DNA of 64,000 nt, from the NCBI RefSeq assembly GCF_009914755.1, contig NC_060934.1, one strand, 5' to 3'. A program made the position numbers and the translations under genes. Source of the stretch: the human T2T-CHM13v2.0 reference genome, Homo sapiens. The notes beneath the pieces were generated by a model. It ran no database searches. It saw nothing but the letters and a program-made list of their open reading frames with translations, and was not told the origin of the DNA. This document shows positions 1 through 19,977 of this stretch, one piece after another; positions within the stretch are counted from its first letter, which is position 1, and each line of letters opens with the position of its first letter.

Positions 1-496
1 CTGGGTTTTAAAACAATAAAAGGAGATGGGAATTGATACAGAAAGCAATAGCAGCCACTGGATGACTTTATGTCAAGGTTTGGCAGAAAGAGGTGGGAGA
101 CACCAAAGTGTCTGCACAGGGTAAATATATTAGGCATATAAGTTAGAGAAGACTTTCATGGAGGTAGGAGGTAAGCTACTGTAATAATAGAGGCCAGAAG
201 CAATGAAAATCTAGTTTGAAATAATGGTAATGATAACCGAGTAAAAGTTGTGACTTCTGAATTCACCCATTATGGACAATGAAGAAGAAGGCAAATTCAA
301 TAATTTTCAGAATCATGCCACTAAGAAATTTATAAGACGGAAAGGAAAGAACATTTGAGCCATATTATGGAATAAAACAAATTTAATTTTTATAATTTTC
401 AATGTGTGGGGCTTTGACCATTGCATCAGCATTATGTAAGAATTTATTAGAAAAGCCAATTCATAGGATCTTGCTTAGACATACTGAATTCACCAA

Positions 497-690
497 TACT
501 GGTGTGTTGGTGATGGTGGCAGGGCAGGGTGAGAACAGAACTAATCTGTAACGTTGAAGATTTCTGACTTTTCTGATTTTTGTACTCCCACCATGGCCAG
601 TTTCAAGTCACTGGTGACATAGAGTTGTGAATAAAAGTGCACATTCTGCTCCCCAGACTCTCTACTAGGCCACTCATGCACACCACTGGC
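497..690 (-). mobile_element. MER63-type hAT DNA transposon fossil
   Basis: tactcccaccatggccagtttcaag and terminal gcacaccactgg match the reverse complement of the MER63 consensus as recalled. Confidence 0.6.
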
Positions 691-744
691 TCCAGGTGAA
701 TCTGTAGTTTGCATCAGAATCAGCTGGATGATGATCAAAACACA

Positions 745-870
745 GTTGGACCACATCACCAAAGTTTCTGTTTCTTTAGATCTAGGGTAGGGCCTCAATA
801 TTTGCATTTCTAAGTTTCCAGGTGATTTTGATACTCCTGGTCTGGGGACCACACTTTGAATATCACTACT
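745..870. mobile_element. MER5-type (hAT-Charlie) fragment
   Basis: atttgcatttctaagtttccaggtgattttgatactcctggtctggggaccacactttga is the typical MER5A/B end. Confidence 0.7.
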
Positions 871-1049
871 TTAAGTGTCCCTTAAGCCACCTTATTTAGA
901 AATTTAATTAGCATACAGAGCCGTAATTGCCAAAGTCACATTGAATCAAAGTGTTTTTATTACTTCTGTTTGTGACCAAAATCCAAAAAAGCAGTCTCAA
1001 GTTCTCATCATACTTAAGGTCTCAAGCAGGAATTGCCATAGGTTAAACA

Positions 1050-1960
1050 TATCCTTCTTGAAACTATTTCCTTAGTGTTCCACTATCCACAATCTCGTGA
1101 TTCTCTTTTTCCTTCTTTGGCTATTCATTCTCAGTTGTTTTCTGTAGATTACTCCTTCCCTGATAGCTGAATTTTGAACTAGGCCTCATTGCTTTCCTTT
1201 TCTGATGGCTGAATCCTCCCTCTATGTTATATTATCCCTATCCCATCCAATGGTTTTAAATATCAAAATGTTAACGACTCCAAGTTTTCCTGCCTAAAGT
1301 TCTTCTCTGAACTTCAAAGTAGAAATATCTCTTCCACCTGACACTTCCATTTGGGTATCTGAAACAATACTGACCAAACGGAATTTGTTTCTCCCCTGCA
1401 CCTCATGACATCTCCTCAAATCTTTCCCAGCTCAGTAAATGGCAACACTATCCACTGTGATGCTCTGACCTGGAACCCCAGAGAGTCTACACCTCATCTT
1501 GCCCTTTTAGCACATTCTACATCCACTAATTCCTATTACCACTCTTTCCAAAACATTTTCTCAATGTGACAAGTTTCATTGTTTCCACAACCACCACCTT
1601 TGGTTAGTCCACTATGATTCTTTCCCAGACAATTTCAATAGCTTCCTACTTCCATCTTGTACCCTTATAATCCATTTGTCATACAGCCATCATGGATCTG
1701 ATTAAATTCTTCCTGTTTTACTGCAGTACCCTTAGAATGAAATCTCCTTCCAAAGCATAGCCCTACATGACCTGGTCCTTGCCCTATCTTCCCTATTCCC
1801 TACTCAAGTCTGCATCTCTTCATTCAAACAGGTTGCAGTCATCCCATCTGGATGCTTTTGCATTTGTTTCTTCTGCCTGAAAAGCTCTTCTCCTAGAATT
1901 TTACACGGTTTTTTCCTTTATGCTATAAAACTGTCAATTCAAATGTCACCATCTGTAGCA
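1050..1960 (+). mobile_element. L2 LINE relic
   Basis: Pyrimidine-rich degenerate L2 3' half (ctcagtaaatggcaacactatcca; ccctacatgacctgg; tcaattcaaatgtcacc). Confidence 0.65.
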
Positions 1961-2024
1961 AGGCATTTTTGTTTTTTGCACACAGTCCTTTTCTATTTCA
2001 TAATTTATCTGATTTTCCTGGTAT

Positions 2025-2286
2025 GGTAGCATGTAGTATGGTAGGCAACAGTATGGATTATAAAGCCAGATCATCTAAGTATGAATCTTAACTCTTGAGC
2101 TTCTTTCTCTAAATTAGGCAAGTTACAAGAATCTTTTGTACTTCACTTTCCTTATCTTTAAAAATGTATACATAATAATATCTGCCATATAAGTTTATTG
2201 TAAGGATTAAATGAGTTAATATATAAAAATTATTTATAACTGCATCTGGCACATATAAGAACTACATGCATGTTAGCAATTATTAT
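2025..2286 (+). mobile_element. MIR SINE
   Basis: MIR core: aggcaagtta...tttccttatctttaaaaatg...ttattgtaaggattaaatgagttaat. Confidence 0.8.
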
Positions 2287-2612
2287 CCACAATTATCTCG
2301 TTTGAGTGATATCAGCGAGATTGTGGAACTGGAGATCCCAGCCCTCAACCCCCAGAAGAAACAACAATTTTAACAAACACCCATGGTCAAAAATACCTTT
2401 ATGTGAGCTCAAGAATCCAGCTAAGATTCCACTGTTCCAGCATCACAGTGGAACGACAACAACAACCAAAATCCAAGAATAGACGCATTAAAAAGCACAA
2501 GAAAAACAATTTCACTTTACCTATCTCACCAAGTGCCAAGAGAGACCCATAAAAGATGCATTTAGTTTGAATGTAGACTTTATAGTTATTGCTGTTAAAT
2601 ATTCCTTGTTGA

Positions 2613-2925
<313 letters not shown>

Positions 2926-2929
2926 TGTT

Positions 2930-3244
2930 GATTTATTTTTTAAAAGAGACAGTCTTAATCTGTTGCCCAGGCCAGAGGGAAGTAGTAGGATCATGTCTCA
3001 CTGCAGCCTCAAACTCCTGGGCTCAAATGATCCTCCCACCTTAGCCTCTTGACAAGATGGGACTACAGGAGTGCACCACTGTACTTAGCTAATTTATTTA
3101 TTTATTTATTTATTTTTTTGTAGAGACGGGTTTCACTGTGTTGCACAGACTGGTCTTAAACTCCTGGCCTCAAGTCATCCTCCTCAAGTCATCCTCGACT
3201 TCCCAAAGTGCTGAAATTACAGATGAGAGCTACCATGCCCAGCC
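2930..3244 (-). mobile_element. AluJ
   Basis: J-type diagnostics (cactgcagcctcaaactcctgggctcaaatgatcctcccacc); internal 14-bp tandem duplication cctcaagtcatcct at 3168-3195. Confidence 0.88.
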
Positions 3245-4699
3245 TCCTTGTTGACTTTTGACTCATTTTTCAAGTGCAGCAAGATATGGTGACTCAATAA
3301 CTCAACTGACCCTCGTCCTACAATTTCTCTCATGAAGAAAAGTGGGAGCAGCTTCCTTCCTTCCAAGGAGACCCACTTCTGTCTCATCCCACCCAGAATA
3401 CTAAGGGGATTAGCAAAATGAAATAATCTTGGGGACACTAGGAACAGGGTAAGGGGGTAGGGGCCGTGGCAGCCTGTATGAATATCTCAACAACTGGCCA
3501 TAAATCCCACTGGCTGGTTCATGATGGTCTCCACTAGGATCTCTACCCATGACCCCTGTGGACTCCCCCAGCTAACTGATATGTATTCCCAGGATTCCAT
3601 GCCCCTCAACTAAAATGGTTAGAGCCCTGCTGTCTACTACATATGGTACCCTATGCTCACCCACAGACAAAACATCGAGCCTTTGCAAGACAGCATGTGC
3701 AAGCTCCCAAAGATGGCAAGCAAATACCAGCAGCTGGCTTGACTCTGCTGGATTGGGAGGAGTCATACTATATTAAACAATTCAGGACACTGTCTTAAGG
3801 AAAATAAGTGAGAGTCTCTTAGCAACAAGCCTGGCTTTGCATGATCAAGAGAATATACAAAATCTAAATACTTACCTCTTTGAAGAGAAAAGAGAAATAG
3901 AGTGGGTGCCTCTACATACAAAAAGGTCTGAAAGACCCCCAAAATCTCCAACGGGGCTGACTGGTCAAGGTTTTTCTTTCCTAATGTCAGACAGTAAACA
4001 CTGAAGGAGATGACTCCTTCTTCAAATGTGAAGACACCATCAAACAGCTTCAAGAAACACAAAGAGTCAAAGAAACGCAACACCACCAAAGGAACAAAAT
4101 AAAGTTCCAGTGACTAATCCCAAGGAAATAGACATCTAACAATTGTCTAACAAAGAATTCAAAATAATTGTTTTAAAAAAGCACAGTGAACCACCAGAGA
4201 ACACAGATAGATACCTAAATAAAATCAAGAAAACAATACATGAACAAAATGAGAAGTTCAACAAAAAGATGGAAACATATTAATAAAAAAGAACAAGACA
4301 AATTCAGCAGAAGAATAAAATTAATGAAATGAAAAAATATAATAGTAAGCTTCAATAGCAGACTCAAGCAGAAAAAAGAACCAGTGAATTCAAAGACAGA
4401 CCATTTAAAATTCTCCAGTCACAGAAATAAAGGAAAAAGAATGAAGAAAGCCTATGGGAATTATGGGATTCCATCAAGCAAACTAATAGCTGCATTATGG
4501 GAGCCCTATAAGCAGCAGAGAAAAAGGCAGAAAGCATATTTAAAGAAATCATAACAGAAGTCTTTCCAATCTGGGGAGTAAAATGAACACCAGATCTATG
4601 AAGCCCAAAGGATTCATAAAAAAGCCTTCACTGGGACACATTATAATCATATTATTCAGTGGGACACATTATAATCATATTATTAAAATTGAATGACAC

Positions 4700-4795
4700 C
4701 CATGTCTGTAATCTCAGCACTTTGGTAGGCTGAGGCAGGAGGATCACTTGAGCCCAGGAGTTAAAGGTCAGCCTGGTCAACATGGCATTTTATTT

Positions 4796-4826
<31 letters not shown>

Positions 4827-4830
4827 TTAT
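4700..4830 (+). mobile_element. Alu monomer/FLAM-like fragment with (TA)n tail
   Basis: ctgtaatctcagcactttggtaggctgaggcaggaggatcacttgagcccaggag followed by a TA run. Confidence 0.75.
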
Positions 4831-7800
4831 TAAAAATTTTAAAAATAACAAATAAATAATAAAAATCAGTTACAAGAAACTCTGAACACAGAAAGAGAAA
4901 AACAACTTGTCACATACAAAGGAACCCTCATGAGATTATCAGTTGGTTTTTGTGCAGAAAACTTGCAGGCACAGGAGAGTGCGGATGATATACTCCAGGT
5001 ACTGAAAGACAAAAAAATCTGTCAATCAATGATACTTTACTTGGAAAAGCTGTCCTTCCAAGAAATAAAAGATAAAGACTTTTCCAGAAAAGCAAAATCT
5101 GAGAAACTTCACCACCATTAGACCTACCTTACAAGAAATGGGAGTTATTTAATATTTTATTTGAAACAAAAGAAGGTTAATTAGCAACATTAAATATATG
5201 AAAGTATTAAACACTATTACACCGCTATTAGACACCGTTAGAAAAGAAAATCAGAGGCCAATATCCCTGATAAATGTAGATGCAAAAATCCTCAAAAATT
5301 ACTAGCAAACCAAATTTAATAGCACATTAAAAGGAACATTCAACATGAAGAAGTGGGATTTATCCCAGGAATTCAAGAATACATAAATCTGTAAATGTAA
5401 TATATCACATTTACAAAATGAAGGACAAAAAAATAACATCTCAATAGATGAAGAAAAAAGCATTTGATAATATTTGACATTCTTTTTTGATAAAAACTCT
5501 CGACAAACTAGGTATAGAAGGAATATACCTCAACACAGTAAAGTCCATTTATGACAAATCCACAGCTAACATCACACTCAATGATGAAAATTTGAAAGCT
5601 TTTACTCTAAGATCAGGAATAAGACAAGGATGCCCATTCTCATCAGTTCTATCCAACATTGTACTGGAAGTCTTACCCAGAGCAATTAGACAAAGGAAAG
5701 AAATAATTGGCATCCAAATTGGAAATGAGGAAGTCAAATTGTTCTTGTTTGTAGACAACATGGTCTTATATATAGAAAACCAGAAAAACTCCACCAAAAA
5801 CTGTTAGAACTAATAGGCAAATTCAGTAAAGTTGCAGGATTCAGAACATATGAAGAATCAGTTGAGTATCTATACACTAATGATGAACTACAAATCAAGA
5901 GAATAATTATATTTACAATAGCTACATAAAGAACAAAATACTTAGGAATAAATCTAACTGGAAAGATGAAAGACCTGGATACTAAAAACTAGAAAAAATT
6001 GATGAAAGAAATTTAAGAAGATATAAAGAAATGGAAAGATATCTGTGTTCAATGATTGGAAGAATTAATATTGTTGAAATATTTGTACTATCCTAAGTGA
6101 TCTATAAATTCACTGCAATCTTTATCAGAATCCCAGTGGCATTTTTTACAGAAAGAGAAAAAAACTGTAAGTCATATGGAACCACAAAATACACCAAATA
6201 ACCAAAGCAATTTTCAGCAAGAAGAACAAATCTAGAGGCATCACACTCCCTGATTTTGAAATTATATCACAAAGGTATAGTAATCAAAACAATATGGTAC
6301 TGGCATAAAAACAGACACATAGACCAATGGAATAGATTAGAGACCCCAGAAATAAACCCTTGCATATACACATTTGTTATAAAAGCTTGAGAAAGCTACA
6401 AAGAACTGCAACAAATGACTGAAATCATACTTTTGTTCAGGCTTTCAAATATTTGCCTTTGAATTCCATGATTTCTAGGCAGCATCTGGCAGAAACTGAA
6501 ATAATGATTATTATTTATTGACAGTTGACAGTATATTCCACTCAGAGAGGCAAAGACTTCAATGGAAAGATAGCTGTCAACTCTTTATTAACATCCACAA
6601 AGCTTGGTTCATAGGCACAGGCCATAAACTTAAGTATTCGCTTAAGAGAAAAACCATGAATTATTTCTGGAATGCTGACAGACAGTTTTGCAGTCATGGC
6701 TGTACCATTCCCTTCAATTTTTGGCCCATTTCTCCTAGGCTGCCCCCATGCTAGAGTTTGCTTTTCTATCCCAGAACTCCTATACTTTGGATTACCCATG
6801 AAATATTTCTTGTTACACAACAATACATTCTGAAAAAATACAGTAACACCATATAAGCCTCTGAAAACTCATTACAGGTGTTTTTCTTTTCTTCTTCTAC
6901 TTTTTTTTTAATTGGGTGGGAATGAGTGACCTCAAAGTGTCTTAGGAAATGAGTTCCAGTGTTTGCTTTAAGTCCTTCAAAAGAAACTGCACCATAAGCA
7001 AAGAAACTGTTCACCACAGTTCCTTCCAGACTTACACCATGCCAGTCCACATATTAAGTAACTCTCTGGCCTCCACTTACCACCAACATAATTCAAATAT
7101 CTTCAACATCACCACCAAAAATATTCAATAGCACCTATATGTGAGACAGAGTAAGTGTACATTCTCTTAGGTCACTATGTTACCTAGAGCTAAAGTCTTT
7201 GGGAAATGTTCACTTCTTATTCAATTATTCATTTTTAGCTAATAACTTGCCAGATTAGAAAAATGACTTAAGATAGTACAAAGTCACTGTTGATATGGAA
7301 ATAAATAATAAAAAACAAAGTAGACAAAAGAAGCATATTTAACAACCAGGCTAACACAGTTGCTGAGATAGAACCTCAAATTTATGTTGAACTCACCTAT
7401 AATAACAACCTAAAGAGGAACACATTAAGTTATATAATTTATTTAACTGATTAAAGATCCGATATTCAGAAAAATGGTTTTTCATGATAGTAAATTATTT
7501 AAAAATTAGGTATATTGCCCTGGATCCTAAGCAGAAAGTTTTAATACAAAATATTATTTTAAAGAAAATAAGAACATATACCTTGAAATAATGTAATTTT
7601 TAAAATTCAGTCAAATTGTTTTTTCCAGTATCACTCATGTGCGTGTTCAAGGGACCATATATTGCTCTAATACCTTGAAATATACACTTTTATACCCAAA
7701 CACCACCCATAAAAATCAGCCTTTTAATTTTTAGTCAAAAGCTTTGACTACTAGATTTTTGAAAATATTATGCCAAAATTGCATAACACACTGATCCATC

Positions 7801-9874
7801 ATTTTTTACCTGAGGGAGTTCCTGTTAAGTAAATAAGGATGTTAAATGATTTGGCAAGAACTGTATTTTAACTTCCTCCCCCTCTTTGCTGTGTAATCTT
7901 ACAGAACCCCCAAAATCTCTCTTGGTATCAAATCTTACCAAGTATGATACAGAAATTGTAAAGCCTGTTTTAATAATAAAGTGATACATAAATGTCAAGT
8001 AATATTGGCATCCTTTCTAATGGAGCTAAGGCCTTCAATTATGAAATAGCAAGCCCTAAATATATGACAGTCAAAAGCATTGCAGACTTAAATGTTGAAA
8101 AGTAAGATTCCTGGGATATTTTCTTTATCACGTCTTTTACAGCAAGGGGTAGTAGAAAAGTCTATGTTCTTTGGAGAATTACACAATTATGAGTAAATTA
8201 AACTCTGATGAAATAATTCTAAAACCAAGAAAATTATTAGTGTTCAAATCCTAAAGCATTTTTTTTTGTTCTTTAACTTTGGAGTAGTCACCTAAAATCT
8301 CTGAATTTCTTCTTCTTTATAATAGAATGAGCCCAGTAATGTGTATGTCACAATACCATTGCAAGAATTAAATATGGTAGCTCTAGGAAAGTACCTGCCA
8401 GATCTCAGATGCATGAGAAGAGGTCATCTTTTCCTTTATAAACTTTCTTACCAAACGCACAACCATAGCATGCCCAGAAGGTATCTACATGTTCAAAAGC
8501 AGATTCATGACTTTAATTTAGCATTCAACGAGCAGAAATTGAGAAATTGAAAAAAAAGTAGTTTATTTTGTGAGATATCTAACTCATGTTGCCCTCCATT
8601 AGGCAAAAAGTAGAATTTTATTGTGCTATAAGTACAGTTATTTTATTTCTGCATAAGCATGACAGAGATTAAAGTTATTTTTAAAATAATAAACTATGCA
8701 ATATCATATTGATAGCTTGCTAATTACTAGAAACAACATTTGACTCTCAAGTTCTCCAAAACCAGTTCATTCTTTCTATGGAGCAATTACCTTATAGCTT
8801 CTGGATCTCAATGTAGTTCTGTTTCAGCTCCCTAGACCAAGTTTCTGCACACTGTCTGTTATACTAACCATCTGTAATGGGAGGACTGCTTAGACTGTTT
8901 TAAATTACCCTTGTCACATTCTCCTTGGGTAATCCAAAATGACAAATCTTATTTTACAGAATATTGCTAACAAACGCAGCCTTAGAACAGAAAAAAATAG
9001 AAAGTATAGGATGAAAAAATAATGACTATTGGTGTACATATAATAGACTTAGTGACATTCATGCTTAAGTCTGTTTCATTGCTTTTTAACACTACCTTTC
9101 CCAGATCGTCGCCCCAACCAGCTTATATACTCCAAGAAATCTGGAGTGAACTGCCAGTCCTAAACTTTTAGGTTCAGTGTAGATATGAAATTAGAATACT
9201 CTCTTCTTGAAAAGAAATACAGAAAACCTCTCTAAATCTAAATTAGGATGTAGGGGACACTAGCATTGTCAGTTATGACACATAAAATGAGAGTGCAGAG
9301 ACTTTCAGTTATAGAACTACAATTTGTAATCTTGATTGTAGTACAAGGAAGAGGATGAATGATTGCTTAGATTTGTATAAGGTCTTTTGGTTGGAAAACT
9401 TGTCATGACTGGGTATAGAAGTTCTTAGGATTTATGGGCATGGGTAATTTTCATATTAACCCTCAAGACAAGGTTCTGGGAAGAAATAGTCAGACATTCT
9501 CCATTTGGTTAAACATCCTACTACAAATGACATTTCATTTCAGCCTCACATTTAAAATGACATTTAAAAATAATGTTATGAACAAAATATTTTTCAGCAC
9601 TAACATTACCTTCTGAATTACATAAAAGTATCTTAAGTTTTAAAGCTTTTTTTAAAAAAACTGTTTATGTATTTAAGGTTAATCTAAGTGTGAACCACCT
9701 ACAAGTCCAGGATATCTTATTTACTTACTGATTAATAATCAGTGAAAGCTCATACTAATATTTAGCTCCACAAGCTTGAGTTCACTATATAAAAACATAC
9801 TTTAGAAAATGCTGCTAGAATTGCTTAAAAGCCTACTGCACTATGTAGATTCTGAAGACAAAAGGCAATATTGA

Positions 9875-11560
9875 AAAATTACCCTGATACCAACACCAGA
9901 GAGACTCAACAAAAAAAGGAAACCGCAGACCAATATATCTGACACACATAGATGCAAAAATTTTCAACAAAATATTAGCAAACAAAAATCAATAATACAT
10001 TAAAAAGATCATTCACCATGACCAAGTAGGATTCATCCCAGGGATGCAAGAATCTTTTAACATGTGCAAATCAAAAAATGTGATACAGCATATCAACAGA
10101 ATCAAGGACAAAAACCCTATGATCCTTTCAATAGATACTGAAAAAGCTTTTGATAAAATTCCATATCCCTTTATGATAAAAATCTTCAACAAATTTTGCA
10201 TAGAAGAAATATACCTCAACACAATAAAGGCCATATGTGACAAACCTATAGCAATCATAGTGAATGGGGAAAACTCTAAGCCTTTTCACTAAGACCTGGA
10301 ACAAGTCTACGATGCCCACTTTTGCCAATTTTATCCAACATAGTACTGGAAGTTCTAGTCACGGCAACTAGGCAAAAGAAACAAAGAAAGGGCATCCAAA
10401 TTAAAAAGGAAGAAAGTCTAATTATCCTCGTTTGTATATAGCGTGATTTTATATTTAGAAAGGCCTATTATACCAAAAAATTCTTGGAATAGATCAATAA
10501 ATTTAGCAAAGCTGCAGGATACAAAACCAAGACACAAAAATTAATAGTGTGTCTGCAAACTAACAGTGATCAATCTGAAAATAAAAAACAAGAAAGCAGT
10601 AACATTTACAATAGCTAAAAATATATATCACACATAAGAATAAATTTAATGAAGAAGTAAAAGGTCTTTGCAAAGAAAACTGTAAAACACTGATGAAATA
10701 AATTGAAGAGGACACAAAAAAATGGAAACATATTCTATGCTCATGGATTTGAAGAATTAATATTGTCAAAATGTGTCTACTACCTAAAGTGATCTACAGA
10801 TTCAGTAGAATCCTTATCAAATATTAATGATATTCTTCAGGTAATTACAAAAAAATCCTAAAATGTGTATGGACACAAAAGACTGAATAGTTAAAGCAAT
10901 CCTCAGTAAAAAATGCAAAGCTCGACATCATACTACATGGTTTTCAATTGTACTACAAAGCTATAGTAACTAAAACAGTATGGTACTAGCATGAAAAAAG
11001 GCATATAGAACAATGGAACAGAATAGAGAATACAGAAATAAACCCACACTATTACAGCCAACTGATTTTTGACAAGAGTGCCAAAAGCATACATCAGGGA
11101 AAGACAGTCTCTTTAATAAATGGTGCTGAGAATATTGTATATTCATATGCAGAAGAATAAGAGTAGATTCCCATCTTTCACCATATACAAAAATCAAATA
11201 AAATTATATTAAAAACATAAACATAAGATCTGAAACTATGAAGCTTCTAGAAGACAATATTTGGAAAACAGTATAGGACACTGGTCTGGGCAAAGATTTT
11301 TTTAGGTAAGACCTCAAAAGCAAAGGTGAAAAAAGCAAAAATAGACCAATGGGATCATATCAAGTTAAAAAAGCTACTGCATAGCAAAGAAAACAATTAA
11401 CAAAGTAAAGCGACAACCTACAGAATGGCAGAAAATTATTTAAAAACTATCCATCCAACAAGGGATTAATAACCAGAACATATAAGGAACTCAAGCAGCT
11501 CAGTAGCAAAAACAAAGAACAAAAACAAAAACAAAAAATCCAATTAAAAAATGAGCAATA
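9875..11560 (+). mobile_element. L1MA3/4-type ORF2, 5' piece (host of the nested L1)
   Basis: Degenerate RT/C-terminal ORF2; breaks at caattaaaaaatgagcaa and resumes in register at ~17753 (caaagacctgaataaacatttctcaaaagaagac). Confidence 0.8.
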
Positions 11561-17611
<6,051 letters not shown>

Positions 17612-17612
<1 letters not shown>

Positions 17613-17736
17613 AAAGGTCAGATAGTAACTATTTTAGGTTAGGTGGATGGTCTCTTTCCTTGTTGTATGAAAGCAACCCTAGACAATACATAAAGGAACT
17701 CACATGGCTGTGTTTCAATAACAGTTTATTTAGACA
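17612..17736 (-). mobile_element. MER58A fragment
   Basis: aaggtcagatagtaactattttagg...agacaataca...tggctgtgtttcaataacagtttattt matches the reverse complement of MER58A as recalled. Confidence 0.75.
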
Positions 17737-17752
17737 TGTTGGGGAAAAAAAA

Positions 17753-18718
17753 GTCCCAAAGACCTGAATAAACATTTCTCAAAAGAAGACATAAGAATGT
17801 TCAACATAACTAGTCATCAAGGAAATTCAAATCAAACCCCAATGAGATACAATCTCAGGCCAGTTAGAATAGCTATTATTAAAAGGACAAAAAATAACAC
17901 TAGCAAGGATGTGGAGAAAGGGGAATGCTCATACATTGTTGGTGGGAATATAAAGTCATACGGTAAATATGGAAAACTGTATGGAGGTTTCTCAAAAAAC
18001 TAAAAATAGAAGTACCATATGATCCAGCAATCCCAATGCTGGATATATAGCCCCAAAGAAAGGAAATCAATATGTTAAAGAGGTATCTGTACTCCCATGT
18101 TTATTGCAGCACTGTTCACAATAGCCAAAATCCATATTTTGTTAATGAACCTAAGTGTTCATTAACAGATGAATAAATAAAAAAATGTGGCATATGTGTG
18201 TGTATATACATGCACACATACAATGGAATATTATTCAGCCACAAAAAAATGAAATCCTGTCTTTTGCAGCAATACAGATTGAACTGGAGGTCACTATGTT
18301 AAGTAAAATAAGCTAGGCACAGAAAGACAAATATTGCATGTTCTTATTCACTAAAACTGTGGATCTCATGGAGGTAGAATGGCGGTTACCAGAGGCCGGA
18401 AAGAGAATAAGGGGCAGTGAAGAGAAGTTGGTTAATGGGTACAAAAATAGTTAGATAGAAAAAGTAAGTTCAGGTATTAGATAGTACAGTAGGAAAATTA
18501 TAATTGACAATAACTTATTATATGCTTCAAATAGCTAGAAGTGAAGAATTGTAGAGTCTCCAACACAAAAACGGATAAATATTTGAGGTGTTGGATATTC
18601 CAATTACCCTGATTTGATTATTACATATTGTTTATGTATCCAAATATCATATGTACCCCCAAAATATATATAACTATGATATACCAATTAATAAACACAC
18701 AAATAAAGAAAAAAATAA
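17753..18718 (+). mobile_element. L1MA3/4-type 3' end (continuation of 9875-11560)
   Basis: ORF2 C-terminus and 3'UTR ggttaatgggtacaaaaatagttagatag...caattaccctgatttgattattaca, then A-rich tail. Confidence 0.8.
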
Positions 18719-18869
18719 CTGATAGTAAAAAGAATGGTAGGACTTTATGGTAAAAAGTCTGCAAGGTGGAGCTTCCCAGTGATTCTCTTTTCCACAATTA
18801 GGTTTACTTTTCAATTTAAGGGGGAAAAAATCTAGGAATATAGCTTCTGGCCCCTGCCCTCTCCTCATT

Positions 18870-19735
18870 TCTCACAATGCTGCTGAAACTATTCTTTGGT
18901 TAAGATGACTGCTCACTTCCTAATTTCCAAATTGTCAGTACTCATCCCTCTGGACTTCACTGGAGTTATCTGTCTTTGCTGATCACTGTGCTGAAATGCT
19001 CCCATTTGCTAGGCTTCCAGCCACACTTCCCTGACTTTCCTCTTACTTTGCTCATTGTTCTTTTTCAGGTTCCTCTTCCTTTTCTCTCCCAGATGTGTTT
19101 TCTTAAGGTTACGCCTTTGATTCTTTTATTTTTATTTTGCTCTTTAGCAATCTCATCCCACATTTATGGTTCTAATCATCACATCTATATGAATGGTCAC
19201 CATAATCTAGTGGTGACATCTCAAGTTCTTGTAGTTTTATTTTCTATCATCTCAACCTGGATCTTCTGGTAGTAACTTAAATATATTCATTTCTGTCCTA
19301 AAGTGTCCCTTTCTTAATTTTGTTTCCAATTTCTTCTAATATAACCACTATTTTCCCAGGTACTAGGCTATAAACCTCAAATTCATTCCCTTTCACCTCC
19401 ATCATCACAATCATCTAATTTGTTTTCAGTTTCTGATCAATTTATATTGTCTATTTGCAATTTGTCCCATCTTAAAAATTCTTATTCCTACATCTCTTAT
19501 TCAGATCCTGACTTCTGCATGTAATATTCAATTATCTTTTAGCAGGTCATGCCTCTGCCTTTTCCCATTCAGTTGACACAGAATTTTCAAATCAATCTTC
19601 CGAAAGCACAGCTGTGATGATGTCACTCTCCTACTCAAAACCTGTAGTACCTGTAGTAACCAAACCAAATCTATGAAACTGATCTAAACCCCTTCACTTG
19701 GCACTAAGGGCTACAACTTACCTTTCCACAGACTA
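18870..19735 (+). mobile_element. L2 relic
   Basis: Degenerate L2 motifs (ctgatcact..gaaatgctccc; tgatgatgtcactctcctactcaaaacct). Confidence 0.6.
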
Positions 19736-19743
19736 TGCCCTCC

Positions 19744-19977
19744 CACTGGTTCTTAAGTGGGGCAACATCACTTTACTGGGAGGTTTATGGAAATGTGTGA
19801 AGGCACTTTTGGTTATTAGAAAGACTGGACTGGGGGAGGTGGAAGTTGTGTCTTAGTGCTGATTCTGAGCTTTCTGGCCTCCCCAGAAAAGGTTGATCCC
19901 CACCACTGTGACTGTATCACACAACAAATAATTGTTCCACCCAAAATCCAAGGGTGCCTCCTGTAAAGAAACAACGT
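19744..19977 (+). mobile_element. MER20/MER20B DNA transposon fossil
   Basis: cactggttcttaagtggggc...ggaaatgtgtgaaggcacttttggtt...cacaacaaataattgttccacccaaaat. Confidence 0.65.
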
